Shown: positions 51,884 through 62,312, numbered from the stretch's first letter. The stretch: DNA of 64,000 bases from Candidatus Saccharimonadota bacterium (GCA_009776375.1 WRNW01000001.1:34600-98599); one strand, 5' to 3'. Program-made: numbers and translations. The notes: generated by a model from the letters alone, not told the origin.

Positions 51884-53029
51884 GTGAAAAAAATTATTTC
51901 CTTAATAATGACGTTCGTGTTGGTGGTTCTGGTGCCAGCCAGCAGCGTAATGGCGGCTAGCGACAAATCACAGATTATCGTTTTCGGTGACAGTATCGCC
52001 ACTGGCTATGGTCTACCCGGTTACACACCCCAACCAACTCCTACAGCATCCGCTAGTTATGCTTCGATTTTAGCGGCGAGAACGGGCACTTCGATTGTGA
52101 ATCTGGCGATTGATGGTTTGACTTCTGATGGACTGTTACAGATGCTCGCTGCTGATCAATCGCTAGGTGACGGCGATGTTTTTATCCTGTCGATTGGTGG
52201 TAATGATCTATTGCAAGCCCTATTTTCCGTCTTGACAGCGCAGTTTGGCATTAATCATGATAACGCTGCTGAACGAATTGCGATCATCGCTCAAGAGGAA
52301 GGTCTTTCTGGCATGCTCCGTCTACTGAACGCCATAGCCGACATCGATGTCACTGAAATTGGCGCGAAATATACAAATAATCTCAAGCAAATAATTACTA
52401 CTCTAAAGGTAATTAATCCAAATGCTCGAATTATCGTCCAGACCGTTGCCAATCCATACAAAGGTATCACCACGCTCAATGCGGCCTACAAATCTCTCGA
52501 AGATCTCGCCGAAAAAGGTGTCACCACCATCAACCAAGCGATCATCGATGGAGCTGGCACGGAAACTTACGTCGTCGCCGATGTTTATACGGCGTTCAAT
52601 AGTTCGTCCGCCGTGCTCACTAACGCGGCCAATCCAGATACTTTGTTTGATCCGCACCCAAATGTCGCCGGTCACTCGGTTATCGCCGATGTCGTCGGAC
52701 AACTTGTTCCTTATCAAATAACCATTAGCGATACCGTTAACGGCCAGGTCGTCGTCGATCAAGTCACCGCGCTGCCTGGCGAAACGATCGAGTTAACCAT
52801 CACCCCCGACAAGGGTTACCGCCTGGCGTCGTTACAACAAAACGGTGTCGACATTCATGACAAGGCTTTCACCATGCCAGCCGAAAATGTCGAGATTACC
52901 GCGACCTTTGAGCCAGCCAACGGAATTGTCCTCCTGATCCTCGTTTCCGTCTTTGCTGTACTGTTACTCGTCGACGCGTTCTTCTTTATTAGACAAGCCC
53001 GACGCAAGAAAGCGGCTGGCGCGGTCTAG
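51884..53029 (+). CDS. secreted SGNH/GDSL hydrolase with B-repeat-like domain and C-terminal TM anchor
   Basis: FGDSIATGYG and GGND. GTG start 51884 after AAGGAGG; the track ORF start at 51731 overlaps tRNA-Ala. Confidence 0.75.
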   Translation: MKKIISLIMTFVLVVLVPASSVMAASDKSQIIVFGDSIATGYGLPGYTPQPTPTASASYASILAARTGTSIVNLAIDGLTSDGLLQMLAADQSLGDGDVFILSIGGNDLLQALFSVLTAQFGINHDNAAERIAIIAQEEGLSGMLRLLNAIADIDVTEIGAKYTNNLKQIITTLKVINPNARIIVQTVANPYKGITTLNAAYKSLEDLAEKGVTTINQAIIDGAGTETYVVADVYTAFNSSSAVLTNAANPDTLFDPHPNVAGHSVIADVVGQLVPYQITISDTVNGQVVVDQVTALPGETIELTITPDKGYRLASLQQNGVDIHDKAFTMPAENVEITATFEPANGIVLLILVSVFAVLLLVDAFFFIRQARRKKAAGAV

Positions 53030-53080
53030 AAAGACATACCGTTTGTGACCACTGTTTATGATTGTTAAAGGGATTTTGTG

Positions 53081-53362
53081 TTAGGCAGCTTCACTGATTT
53101 CAGTATTAGGATCCTCCAATAATAACCTTAGATCATCCACCTCGTCTGGTTTAGGCTCTTGGCTCAATAGGTCTCTTATCGACATGCCGTCCACCTGCAC
53201 CACATGCAGTTTACAGTACGCGCAGCATAGTTGACCCAGAGGAGGGCCCATATTTTTTGCACAATCTGGAAATCTGCTAGGTGGGCAGTTTATCCCAGCG
53301 CCTTTACGCATGAGCTCGTTGATACCCAACTTGTTATTGTTATTGTTATTCCCAACACCCAT
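53081..53362 (-). CDS. orphan Cys-rich small protein (93 aa)
   Basis: MGVGNNNNNNKLG...CPPSRFPDC...CCAYC. Start at ATG 53362, 7 nt after AAGGAG. Confidence 0.5.
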   Translation of the reverse strand: MGVGNNNNNNKLGINELMRKGAGINCPPSRFPDCAKNMGPPLGQLCCAYCKLHVVQVDGMSIRDLLSQEPKPDEVDDLRLLLEDPNTEISEAA

Positions 53363-53390
53363 CTCAAACTCCTTTACATTAATTAAATTT

Positions 53391-53413
53391 AAAAAACGGC
53401 TTCGATCGAAGCC
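53391..53413 (-). terminator. intrinsic terminator in the leader of the Cys-rich gene
   Basis: GGCTTC-GATC-GAAGCC followed by G and T6 on the minus strand. Confidence 0.65.
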
Positions 53414-53526
53414 TCTTTTATTCTCGGCTGTGTCGGTAGGCGTCCTAGGCCCGGGCTTCAATCAATGCTAAACACAGCCGCCGATAGGCGACAGTATAGT
53501 GATATAGCACAAAACCCGATTTCATG
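53391..53526 (-). promoter_or_regulatory. structured leader with intrinsic terminator upstream of the Cys-rich gene (attenuator or riboswitch-like)
   Basis: Promoter at 53533-53541, long-range helix GGCUGUG...CACAGCC, terminator GGCTTC-GATC-GAAGCC plus T6, then the RBS and ATG 53362. Confidence 0.4.
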
Positions 53527-53532
53527 CCCGCT

Positions 53533-53541
53533 ATTGTAGCA
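53533..53541 (-). promoter_or_regulatory. extended -10 TGCTACAAT for the leader and Cys-rich gene
   Basis: A second candidate, TGCTATATC, lies at 53501-53509. Confidence 0.5.
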
Positions 53542-53575
53542 CCATCGATCTGGCTTGGCAAGACCTTTTCCCCAC

Positions 53576-53597
53576 CAAAAAACTCGCCCGGAGAAGC
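53576..53597. repeat. 22-bp perfect direct repeat, copy 1
   Basis: CAAAAAACTCGCCCGGAGAAGC. Confidence 0.9.
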
Positions 53598-53704
53598 TTG
53601 GATGCACCTCGCTTGACAAACGACTGCGCTGTATGATACACTTTGGGCATCACCATAACCGGACTAGCCTAAGGTTTCGACCGAACGCGAATGCCGGTTT
53701 TTGA

Positions 53705-54190
53705 TTACTTTGTAATTTTGTCTCTGATCACCGACAACGGCAAAATGTGCTGTCCAAATGGTTTGAGCAGTTTTGAATAATTTTTGGTAGGTGTGATAAT
53801 TTTGTCTAGCTTGTTCTTGCTAATCAAGAACCGCATCAAACAGGCAAAATCTCCGTCACTGGTGATAATAATTGCTTTATCGTAATTTCGATACTCGATC
53901 GCGGCTGAGTATAACACTAATTCAGCATCAACGTTGCCCTTCATTTGACGCTTGCCATTTTCAACATAAACCACCGTCGGTTTATGAATCAGAATAAAGC
54001 CAATTTTCTGCAGATGAGCGTAAAGGTTTGTGTTGTTGGGATCATAACCGATAAACAAAAAGGCTTTGTCAACGTTAAATTTGTTCATGAGATACAAACG
54101 CAACTTTTTGTAGTCCAAATTGATGCGTTGTGACTTTGCGCCTAAATACAGGTTATTACCGTCAATAAAGACATAGTTTTTCTTGTTCAT
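53705..54190 (-). CDS. NYN/LabA-like domain protein
   Basis: NYVFIDGNNLY and IITSDGDF. Start taken at MNKKNYVFIDG (54190). Confidence 0.7.
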   Translation of the reverse strand: MNKKNYVFIDGNNLYLGAKSQRINLDYKKLRLYLMNKFNVDKAFLFIGYDPNNTNLYAHLQKIGFILIHKPTVVYVENGKRQMKGNVDAELVLYSAAIEYRNYDKAIIITSDGDFACLMRFLISKNKLDKIITPTKNYSKLLKPFGQHILPLSVIRDKITK

Positions 54191-54271
54191 TACCAATAAT
54201 TCTATCTCAAATGCACATTGCAGTAAAGCTGGCCGCTCTTTAGGACGTAACTGACGCTTGTTTCTTCTTAT

Positions 54272-54293
54272 CAAAAAACTCGCCCGGAGAAGC
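54272..54293. repeat. 22-bp perfect direct repeat, copy 2
   Basis: CAAAAAACTCGCCCGGAGAAGC, 696 bp from copy 1. The two copies bracket the NYN gene. Confidence 0.9.
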
Positions 54294-54303
54294 CGCGACG
54301 AGA
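54272..54303 (-). terminator. intrinsic terminator (imperfect stem plus T6)
   Basis: CTCGTCGCGG-CTTCT-CCGGGCGAG then TTTTTT on the minus strand. Confidence 0.45.
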
Positions 54304-54412
54304 TTTTTGTTTTGCTGTTGCGCGCCCACCCTGGGGCCTTTTGGTTTTTATTTTTCCTGACACAGGGCTTCGGCCGAACCGCCGTGCCCCGTGCGCACCA
54401 GCGTCAGAATGT

Positions 54413-54441
54413 ATTTTAGCATAAGAAGTTTTCTTGCGCAA
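54413..54441 (-). promoter_or_regulatory. promoter TTGCGC-17-TAAAAT
   Basis: -35 is the reverse complement of 54436-54441; -10 is the reverse complement of 54413-54418. Confidence 0.5.
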
Positions 54442-54461
54442 GTCCCAAGTGCCAAGTAACT

Positions 54462-55490
54462 TTAACCCAAACAATAAATTATTTTCTCGCCATTGCTGCC
54501 ATTCAGCAATGAAAATATTGCCCACGCACTGGTGCCGACGGATTGACTATTTCTATAAGTGTAATTTGGCATATCCGCTGATGCGCACCTTGCGTTAGTA
54601 ACTATTACGTATCGACCAAACTCAACATTGACCGAACCATCGGCTACTGCAGCACGTATTTCAATAGTACCTACATTATCCACAAAACTACGATACGGCT
54701 GGATATCAGATGCAGAGGTCGGTAACTTATTATTGCGAGAGATATATGTACTAACCGATGCCGATAAGTCAAGCATATTTCTCTTGATCGTATCATTACT
54801 CATTTCGGATTGTGTTTGTTGAGCCATTTGATTTATATGAAAGGCTATTCTAATAAGTGGTAATACCTGTATAAAAAAGAGTAACGCAATAACAACAACG
54901 TCAATTACTAGCGTTGTAATTGCCAAAGTTAGCCCTCGTCCACCAGTTTGTTTCATTTTCCTAAGAGCAACTATGACTAAAATCAAGCTAACAACAGGCA
55001 ACCCTAATTTAACTATTATAGTAATTATTAAGGATAGCATTGCGCCCAAGTTAATTTTCAGCAAAACACCCCCGATCCAATTGCCAACTTGGGGTATAAG
55101 CATAACTAGAGATATGATTACCATGATTAACGCATTTTTCGCCATAGCAGTAGCGTCATTGCTGTATGAAATCGGTTTTTCTGCTGGTGGAGTTGTGAAA
55201 TTATTGGGTGGTACTGTCGTAGTATCTATAGGTTGCGGCGTTGGGTTTATTGATTGAGTGCTAGTATTGTTTTGATTGCTTGAGGAATCAACTTGTTCAG
55301 CATTGGTAACCGGTCTAGGCTTTTGATAATCATCGGGACGTAGTTCATTTATACCCTGGCCACTAGTTGGTGGCATTATAATTCTCGGCCCACTAGTTTG
55401 CTGGGACTGCTGTCCAAAAGGTTGGTTGGTAGGATCTAAAGCCTGCCCTCCACCTGGACTAAACGAGTTGTTCTGATTTTCGTTGTCCAT
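54462..55490 (-). CDS. membrane protein: Gln/Pro-rich N-terminus, 4 TM helices, pilin-like C-terminal domain
   Basis: NDTIKRNMLDLSASVSTYISRNNKLPTS resembles the pilin RD..R..DL..I...L..Y...N..YP block. Two C-terminal Cys residues. Confidence 0.45.
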   Translation of the reverse strand: MDNENQNNSFSPGGGQALDPTNQPFGQQSQQTSGPRIIMPPTSGQGINELRPDDYQKPRPVTNAEQVDSSSNQNNTSTQSINPTPQPIDTTTVPPNNFTTPPAEKPISYSNDATAMAKNALIMVIISLVMLIPQVGNWIGGVLLKINLGAMLSLIITIIVKLGLPVVSLILVIVALRKMKQTGGRGLTLAITTLVIDVVVIALLFFIQVLPLIRIAFHINQMAQQTQSEMSNDTIKRNMLDLSASVSTYISRNNKLPTSASDIQPYRSFVDNVGTIEIRAAVADGSVNVEFGRYVIVTNARCASADMPNYTYRNSQSVGTSAWAIFSLLNGSNGEKIIYCLG

Positions 55491-55524
55491 TATTGCTCCT
55501 TTAATTCACACTGTACCAGTATGA

Positions 55525-55533
55525 ATTGTAGCA
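55525..55533 (-). promoter_or_regulatory. extended -10 TGCTACAAT for gene 54462-55490
   Basis: Leader with AAAGGAG. Confidence 0.5.
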
Positions 55534-55572
55534 CCTTTATTAGCTTATGGCAAAAACACTTATTTTTAAGCA

Positions 55573-55601
55573 TTGTATTTTTGCTTGTAACCTGCTACAA
55601 T
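55573..55601 (+). promoter_or_regulatory. promoter TTGTAT-17-TGCTACAAT for the RRM protein gene
   Basis: ~73-nt 5' UTR with hairpin CCAGAGA-CGGTCGAC-TCTCTGG at 55642-55663. Confidence 0.55.
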
Positions 55602-55680
55602 TTCTCATACAGAGATGGTTTTATGGTGCGGTTGTTCCTATCCAGAGACGGTCGACTCTCTGGAATTTTAGGAGTAAAGA

Positions 55681-55932
55681 ATGAAAAAACTATTTGTTGG
55701 CAGCTTGGCCTGGACGACTACGGACGCCAGCCTGCGTGCTTTCTTTGAGCAGTTCGGCGAAGTAACCAAAGCCGAAGTTGTCTACGAGCGTGACAATCCA
55801 AGCCGCAGCCGCGGTTTCGGTTTCGTCGAATTCGAAGACGACAAAGCCGCTGAAGCAGCCATCGCCAAAGGTAATGGTGCAGAGCTCGACGGTCGAGTTA
55901 TCACCGTTAGCGAAGCGCGTAGCAAAGACTAA
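55681..55932 (+). CDS. RRM-type RNA-binding protein
   Basis: RNP2 LFVGSL and RNP1 RGFGFVEF. Confidence 0.9.
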   Translation: MKKLFVGSLAWTTTDASLRAFFEQFGEVTKAEVVYERDNPSRSRGFGFVEFEDDKAAEAAIAKGNGAELDGRVITVSEARSKD

Positions 55933-55947
55933 TAATTTTGTTGCGCC

Positions 55948-58138
<2,191 letters not shown>

Positions 58139-58141
58139 CTT

Positions 58142-59596
58142 TTACATTTTCATTTCTTTGAAGGCAGCCTGTAACGCCCAGAGGACAGTTTGGTATTTGT
58201 TGGCCATTTCCAGCGTTTGGTAAATCGAATCGTTGGCCTTTTTGCCCACTTGCCGTATCTCTTTGATTGGTGAGTAAATGTAAACTACATTATCGACCAC
58301 TTCGATATTGATTTCGAACTGCACCGCCGCTAATTGTTCCATGTATTTCGGGTTCAACAGTTCCAAACTAGTGGCTTGTTCGGGACTAGTGGCAAAGACC
58401 TGATACATTTTGTTAAAGTCCGTCCATTCGGTTGAAACTTTTTTGAGACCCTTGATTTTGAACTGGAATGCGCCTTTGCGCCGACGTACCACAATATCGC
58501 CGTAGCTTTTTGGCAAAGTCGCCTGGGCAATCAAATAGGTATTGAGATTCTGGGCTGGATTAGCCGCATAAGTATAAATCTGGGTCAGAATTTTATCATG
58601 CGTTCCCTGTACCCAACCGATGCAGTGGTTATTGATATCCGACCTGCCAAAAGTACCGCCTGCAAAAAGCTGCCCGCGGCGCGGCAGGAGTAACCAACCC
58701 CAATCTAACGAATAATATAGCCCGTTGTTGATGGCAAAATCCTCTAGAGTCGGATTATGCGACCATTCGTTGGCAGTAGCAGGTTGAATGCCGTCGAGTT
58801 TCCAACTATTGCCGACTCGTTGGAAACGCCAAAATTCAGTAAATTCAGCGGGGTTGGTAGCCATGACTGTGTTAGTCGCGATGTCCACAATCTGATCGGT
58901 TGCATGCGCCGTGAAGCCTACTACGAAACTGTCGCGTGTGTCGTCGGGGTGATCATCAACCTCAGTAATCAGCGCTTCGGTAATCTGCACCTGATCCATG
59001 TGATTGCGTCGCCCGATTTGCTGTAATGCCGCTACCATCAACTTGGCGTGTTCGAGATAACGCGGCGTTAGATATTCCGCCATCGGCACGACGTTGTTAT
59101 TGCTCCAATCCTTTTGATAAGCCAAAAAAACTCGTTTGGCACCTTCGGTTAGTGCAACTTCGTCCCAGCCTGACGCTTTTAGCTCCGCTTCCTCACGCTT
59201 ATTACGCCTCATTTTACCAAACCAGTTATACAGGCCAGCGCCAGTTCCGATTAATGATCCAACGGCAGCAGTCAAAAACAAGATTTCCAAGAGGAAAGCA
59301 TCGGCCGATATGACCATTATTCCCACAATTAACAAAACTGTCGCATAAACAATACCTAGCATCCAAGTAATGGCCTGGCGGGTCGTCCACCAATCAATAT
59401 CGTCTTGGTGCTCGGACTGTTTGAGACGAAACGTTCGCCCCAGTAGATGCATTGGTACGTAGCCCACCAAAAAGGCCAAGACAAAAATCCCACCTTCACC
59501 TGACCCGCCGCCTGATCCACCACCGCCACCGCCGCCACCCGACCCTCCGCCGCCGGCACTAGCGATGAGTTGTATAATCGAGAACAGCCACGTCAT
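58142..59596 (-). CDS. membrane protein with Gly-run and Tim44-like domain
   Basis: GGGGSGGGGGGGGSGGGSG followed by TM helices. YQKDWSNNN...FWRFQRVGNSWKLDGIQ fits a Tim44-like pattern. Confidence 0.5.
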   Translation of the reverse strand: MTWLFSIIQLIASAGGGGSGGGGGGGGSGGGSGEGGIFVLAFLVGYVPMHLLGRTFRLKQSEHQDDIDWWTTRQAITWMLGIVYATVLLIVGIMVISADAFLLEILFLTAAVGSLIGTGAGLYNWFGKMRRNKREEAELKASGWDEVALTEGAKRVFLAYQKDWSNNNVVPMAEYLTPRYLEHAKLMVAALQQIGRRNHMDQVQITEALITEVDDHPDDTRDSFVVGFTAHATDQIVDIATNTVMATNPAEFTEFWRFQRVGNSWKLDGIQPATANEWSHNPTLEDFAINNGLYYSLDWGWLLLPRRGQLFAGGTFGRSDINNHCIGWVQGTHDKILTQIYTYAANPAQNLNTYLIAQATLPKSYGDIVVRRRKGAFQFKIKGLKKVSTEWTDFNKMYQVFATSPEQATSLELLNPKYMEQLAAVQFEINIEVVDNVVYIYSPIKEIRQVGKKANDSIYQTLEMANKYQTVLWALQAAFKEMKM

Positions 59597-59598
59597 GA

Positions 59599-60753
59599 TT
59601 ATGCGTCCTGATGTTTCTTAGTTTTGACTTTAGCCTTAGCCGCAGCGTTGACTTTCAGTTTGGCTTCGGCGGAAAGTCGATTTTTACGTAATTTTTCACG
59701 GATAGTTGGTGTGAGTGGCGTCGGATCATCAACCATTTTTCTATACAAGAGGTAAATATAGGTCGCGCACCAAATTAGCGTCAGTGTGGTTAATAGTAAT
59801 ACAACGATCGGCACCAGCGGTTGCCAAGTTAACCCTAACCAACCATCAATCAAAATTGCTGGAATGAGCACCAACAGCCACATCAAAACCATCGGCAGGA
59901 CCATGAACAAGAGGCGCAGCACCAATTGCAGACGACGGCCGATCACCAAATCGCCAGCCGCCCGGAGCGCGCGAAACGGATACATGCCTGGCAATGTGAC
60001 GATGATCAGCGCGATAAAGGACGAACAAATCCAATATAGCGTCATGATGGCCGCCACCGCCAACGCGCACCAGGCCGCCATGTTTTCGATCTGGATGCCG
60101 GTGTTGATCCAACCGACCGCTGTGACGCTAGCGTAGGCTAGCAGGACCAGCGCGAACGGTAATAATTGAACCAGGATGACGAGTAAAATCGTCGCGGTAG
60201 CCAGTACCGGTGCGCCACCGGTATAGAGCCCGTCGCGCAGTTTCAGCTTCTGGCCATCGCCGCCGACGATGCGTCTGAGCAGCCAAATCAACGTCAACCA
60301 ACCATATAAAAATAGTAGTGCTGCTAAAATCTGTTGTCCAGTATCGGTCGCGCTAGATCCGCTAGTCATCGCATTCGAAAATAATGTCGAGTATTTATTA
60401 AAGAAACCAAGATTCGGGACTTCGTTCAGCGCGTCCCGCAGCGCCGCAAAATTTTCCTGACTCATCAAACCAACAATCACCGCGGATAATAGTGCGTATA
60501 ATAGGAGAAACTTGACAAACAAACGTTTATTTTTCCAAATCAAACCCCAAACTTCGCCAGAAAAAGCAAAATATTTACGAATCCCAAAAGTCCGACGAGT
60601 TGTCTCACGCGGCGTCATATAAAAACTCCGATGTGGTCGACGTGATAGAAAATCCCGCTGCCGTCCAACAACTTTTCGCCAAATACCTCGAAAAAATCGA
60701 CCTGTCCCAAAAATCGGTCGGAGCAAAATGAAAGGTTTTTTCTTGGCCATCAC
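59599..60753 (-). CDS. polytopic membrane protein, unknown function
   Basis: 6-7 TM helices; overlaps the htpX stop. Confidence 0.5.
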   Translation of the reverse strand: MMAKKKPFILLRPIFGTGRFFRGIWRKVVGRQRDFLSRRPHRSFYMTPRETTRRTFGIRKYFAFSGEVWGLIWKNKRLFVKFLLLYALLSAVIVGLMSQENFAALRDALNEVPNLGFFNKYSTLFSNAMTSGSSATDTGQQILAALLFLYGWLTLIWLLRRIVGGDGQKLKLRDGLYTGGAPVLATATILLVILVQLLPFALVLLAYASVTAVGWINTGIQIENMAAWCALAVAAIMTLYWICSSFIALIIVTLPGMYPFRALRAAGDLVIGRRLQLVLRLLFMVLPMVLMWLLVLIPAILIDGWLGLTWQPLVPIVVLLLTTLTLIWCATYIYLLYRKMVDDPTPLTPTIREKLRKNRLSAEAKLKVNAAAKAKVKTKKHQDA

Positions 60754-61619
60754 ATTTTGGTCGCATTCTCGCGCAGGCGCTTGATCCGTTCGTCGAGTGG
60801 TGGATGCGTTTGAAACAGACCACCAGCTTTCTTGAGCGGATTAGAAAAGAACATCGAAGCGGTCGACTTGTTTTGTTTGATCATCGGTTGACCGTGAGTT
60901 TTTAACTTTTCCAGCGCCGAAGCGAGCGCTTCTGAGTCGCGCGTCGTTAGCGCTCCGCTCGCATCCGCCAAATATTCGCGCTGACGAGAAATCGCCAGTT
61001 GCACCAGAGTCGCCGCGATCGGCGCGAGGATTAGACCAACCAAACCAAAAACTATCATGATGGGATTTTTGTTATCGCGATTATTCTTGCCATAGAGAAA
61101 AGTGCGCGCCAAAATATCGGCCAACATGCCAATCGCGCCAACTAGACCAAAAGCTACCAGATTGACCAAAATGTCGTAGTTTTTGACATGACCCATTTCG
61201 TGCGCCAAAACGGCCGTGACTTCGCGTTTGTCCATGATTTCGAGCAGTCCGGTCGTCACCGCCACTGAGGCGGTCTTGGGATCACGACCAGTGGCAAAAG
61301 CGTTCGGCGACGGATCCTGCATGATGTAAACTTTCGGTGTTGGTAAACCTTCGGTGATGCTGAGGTTTTCGACAATCCGGTAGAGTTCTGGCGCGTCTTG
61401 TTTGCTAACCTCACGAGCGCCATTGATGGCTAAGGCTTCGCGACTAGCCATGAAAAATTGGATCAGCGCGTAAATCATCGCGATGATTATCACCGCGATC
61501 GTCACCGTCCAGCTCTGGTAAGCATAACCCGCCAGCGCGCCCAACCCGCCGATAATCAGCAGAAACACCGCCATGATGACGACAGTGTTTCGCTTGTTGG
61601 CACTAATCGAGCGATACAT
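60750..61619 (-). CDS. htpX: M48-family zinc protease HtpX
   Basis: HEMGHV; four TM helices. Confidence 0.9.
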   Translation of the reverse strand: MYRSISANKRNTVVIMAVFLLIIGGLGALAGYAYQSWTVTIAVIIIAMIYALIQFFMASREALAINGAREVSKQDAPELYRIVENLSITEGLPTPKVYIMQDPSPNAFATGRDPKTASVAVTTGLLEIMDKREVTAVLAHEMGHVKNYDILVNLVAFGLVGAIGMLADILARTFLYGKNNRDNKNPIMIVFGLVGLILAPIAATLVQLAISRQREYLADASGALTTRDSEALASALEKLKTHGQPMIKQNKSTASMFFSNPLKKAGGLFQTHPPLDERIKRLRENATKM

Positions 61620-61643
61620 CGATTCAGGTATCTCCCTTTTTGA

Positions 61644-62210
61644 TTAAAACGATACTTTCGGAGCTTCTTCGATCGTCGCTCGATCGGCCACTTCAAAGAA
61701 TTCACGCGCCTTGAAACCGAAAATGCTAGCGAAGACGTTGTTCGGGAAAGTCTGAATCTTGGTATTTAGATCACGCACACCGCCGTTATAGAATCGGCGC
61801 GAAGCTTGGATTTTATCCTCGGTATCGGTGATTTCACCCTGCAGTTGCAGGAAATTTTCGTTGGCTTTGAGCTCGGGATAATTTTCCGCGACCGCAAATA
61901 GCGATTTGAGCGCACCCTCGAACTGACTTTCAGCCTTGGCAGCCGCCGCCGGGCCTTCCTTGGCCGCCGACATGATTGCCGAGCGCGCTTCGGTAACTTT
62001 TTCAAAAACCTCTTTTTCGTGTTTGGCGTAACCTTTGACCGATTCGATCAAGTTTGGTATTAAATCGGCTCGACGCTTTAGCTGCACCGTGATGTCGCTC
62101 CACGCTTCGTCGACACGAACACGCAGTTTGACCAAACCGTTATAGATGCCGACGATGATGACGACTAGCACCACAACGACGGCGATAATTATCCAACCCC
62201 AAATTGGCAT
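61644..62210 (-). CDS. lemA: LemA family protein
   Basis: N-terminal TM helix, YNGLVKLRVRVDEAWSDI and RRFYNGGVRDLN. Confidence 0.85.
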   Translation of the reverse strand: MPIWGWIIIAVVVVLVVIIVGIYNGLVKLRVRVDEAWSDITVQLKRRADLIPNLIESVKGYAKHEKEVFEKVTEARSAIMSAAKEGPAAAAKAESQFEGALKSLFAVAENYPELKANENFLQLQGEITDTEDKIQASRRFYNGGVRDLNTKIQTFPNNVFASIFGFKAREFFEVADRATIEEAPKVSF

Positions 62211-62312
62211 TTTTTCCTCCTTACCTTAATGATACGTCCCTAGTATACACTACTTTTAGTTTTTGTTAAAGGTTTTTTGTTGGTTTAATATGTGACTTTT
62301 GCTCCAGCAGTA

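Larger units (their letters stand above)
54272..54406 (-). ncRNA. candidate ~135-nt structured RNA or leader upstream of the NYN gene
   Basis: TTGCGC-17-TAAAAT promoter, nested helices (CUGAC...GUCAG, GGGGC...GCCCU, CGGC-GGUUCG-GCCG), and a terminator ending in T6. Confidence 0.35.

Noticed and set aside
53363-53461. A 33-codon upstream extension of the Cys-rich ORF (126-aa version).
   Set aside because: The extension reads through the intrinsic terminator, and the internal ATG at 53362 has a well-spaced AAGGAG.
54271-54525. An 84-aa ORF between the membrane protein gene and the NYN gene.
   Set aside because: It spans a promoter, a structured region and a terminator, has low-complexity basic composition, and has no RBS.
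59495-59560. A GGN-rich stretch as a possible simple-sequence contingency locus.
   Set aside because: The Gly codons are mixed with no perfect repeat unit. It simply encodes a Gly run at the protein N-terminus.
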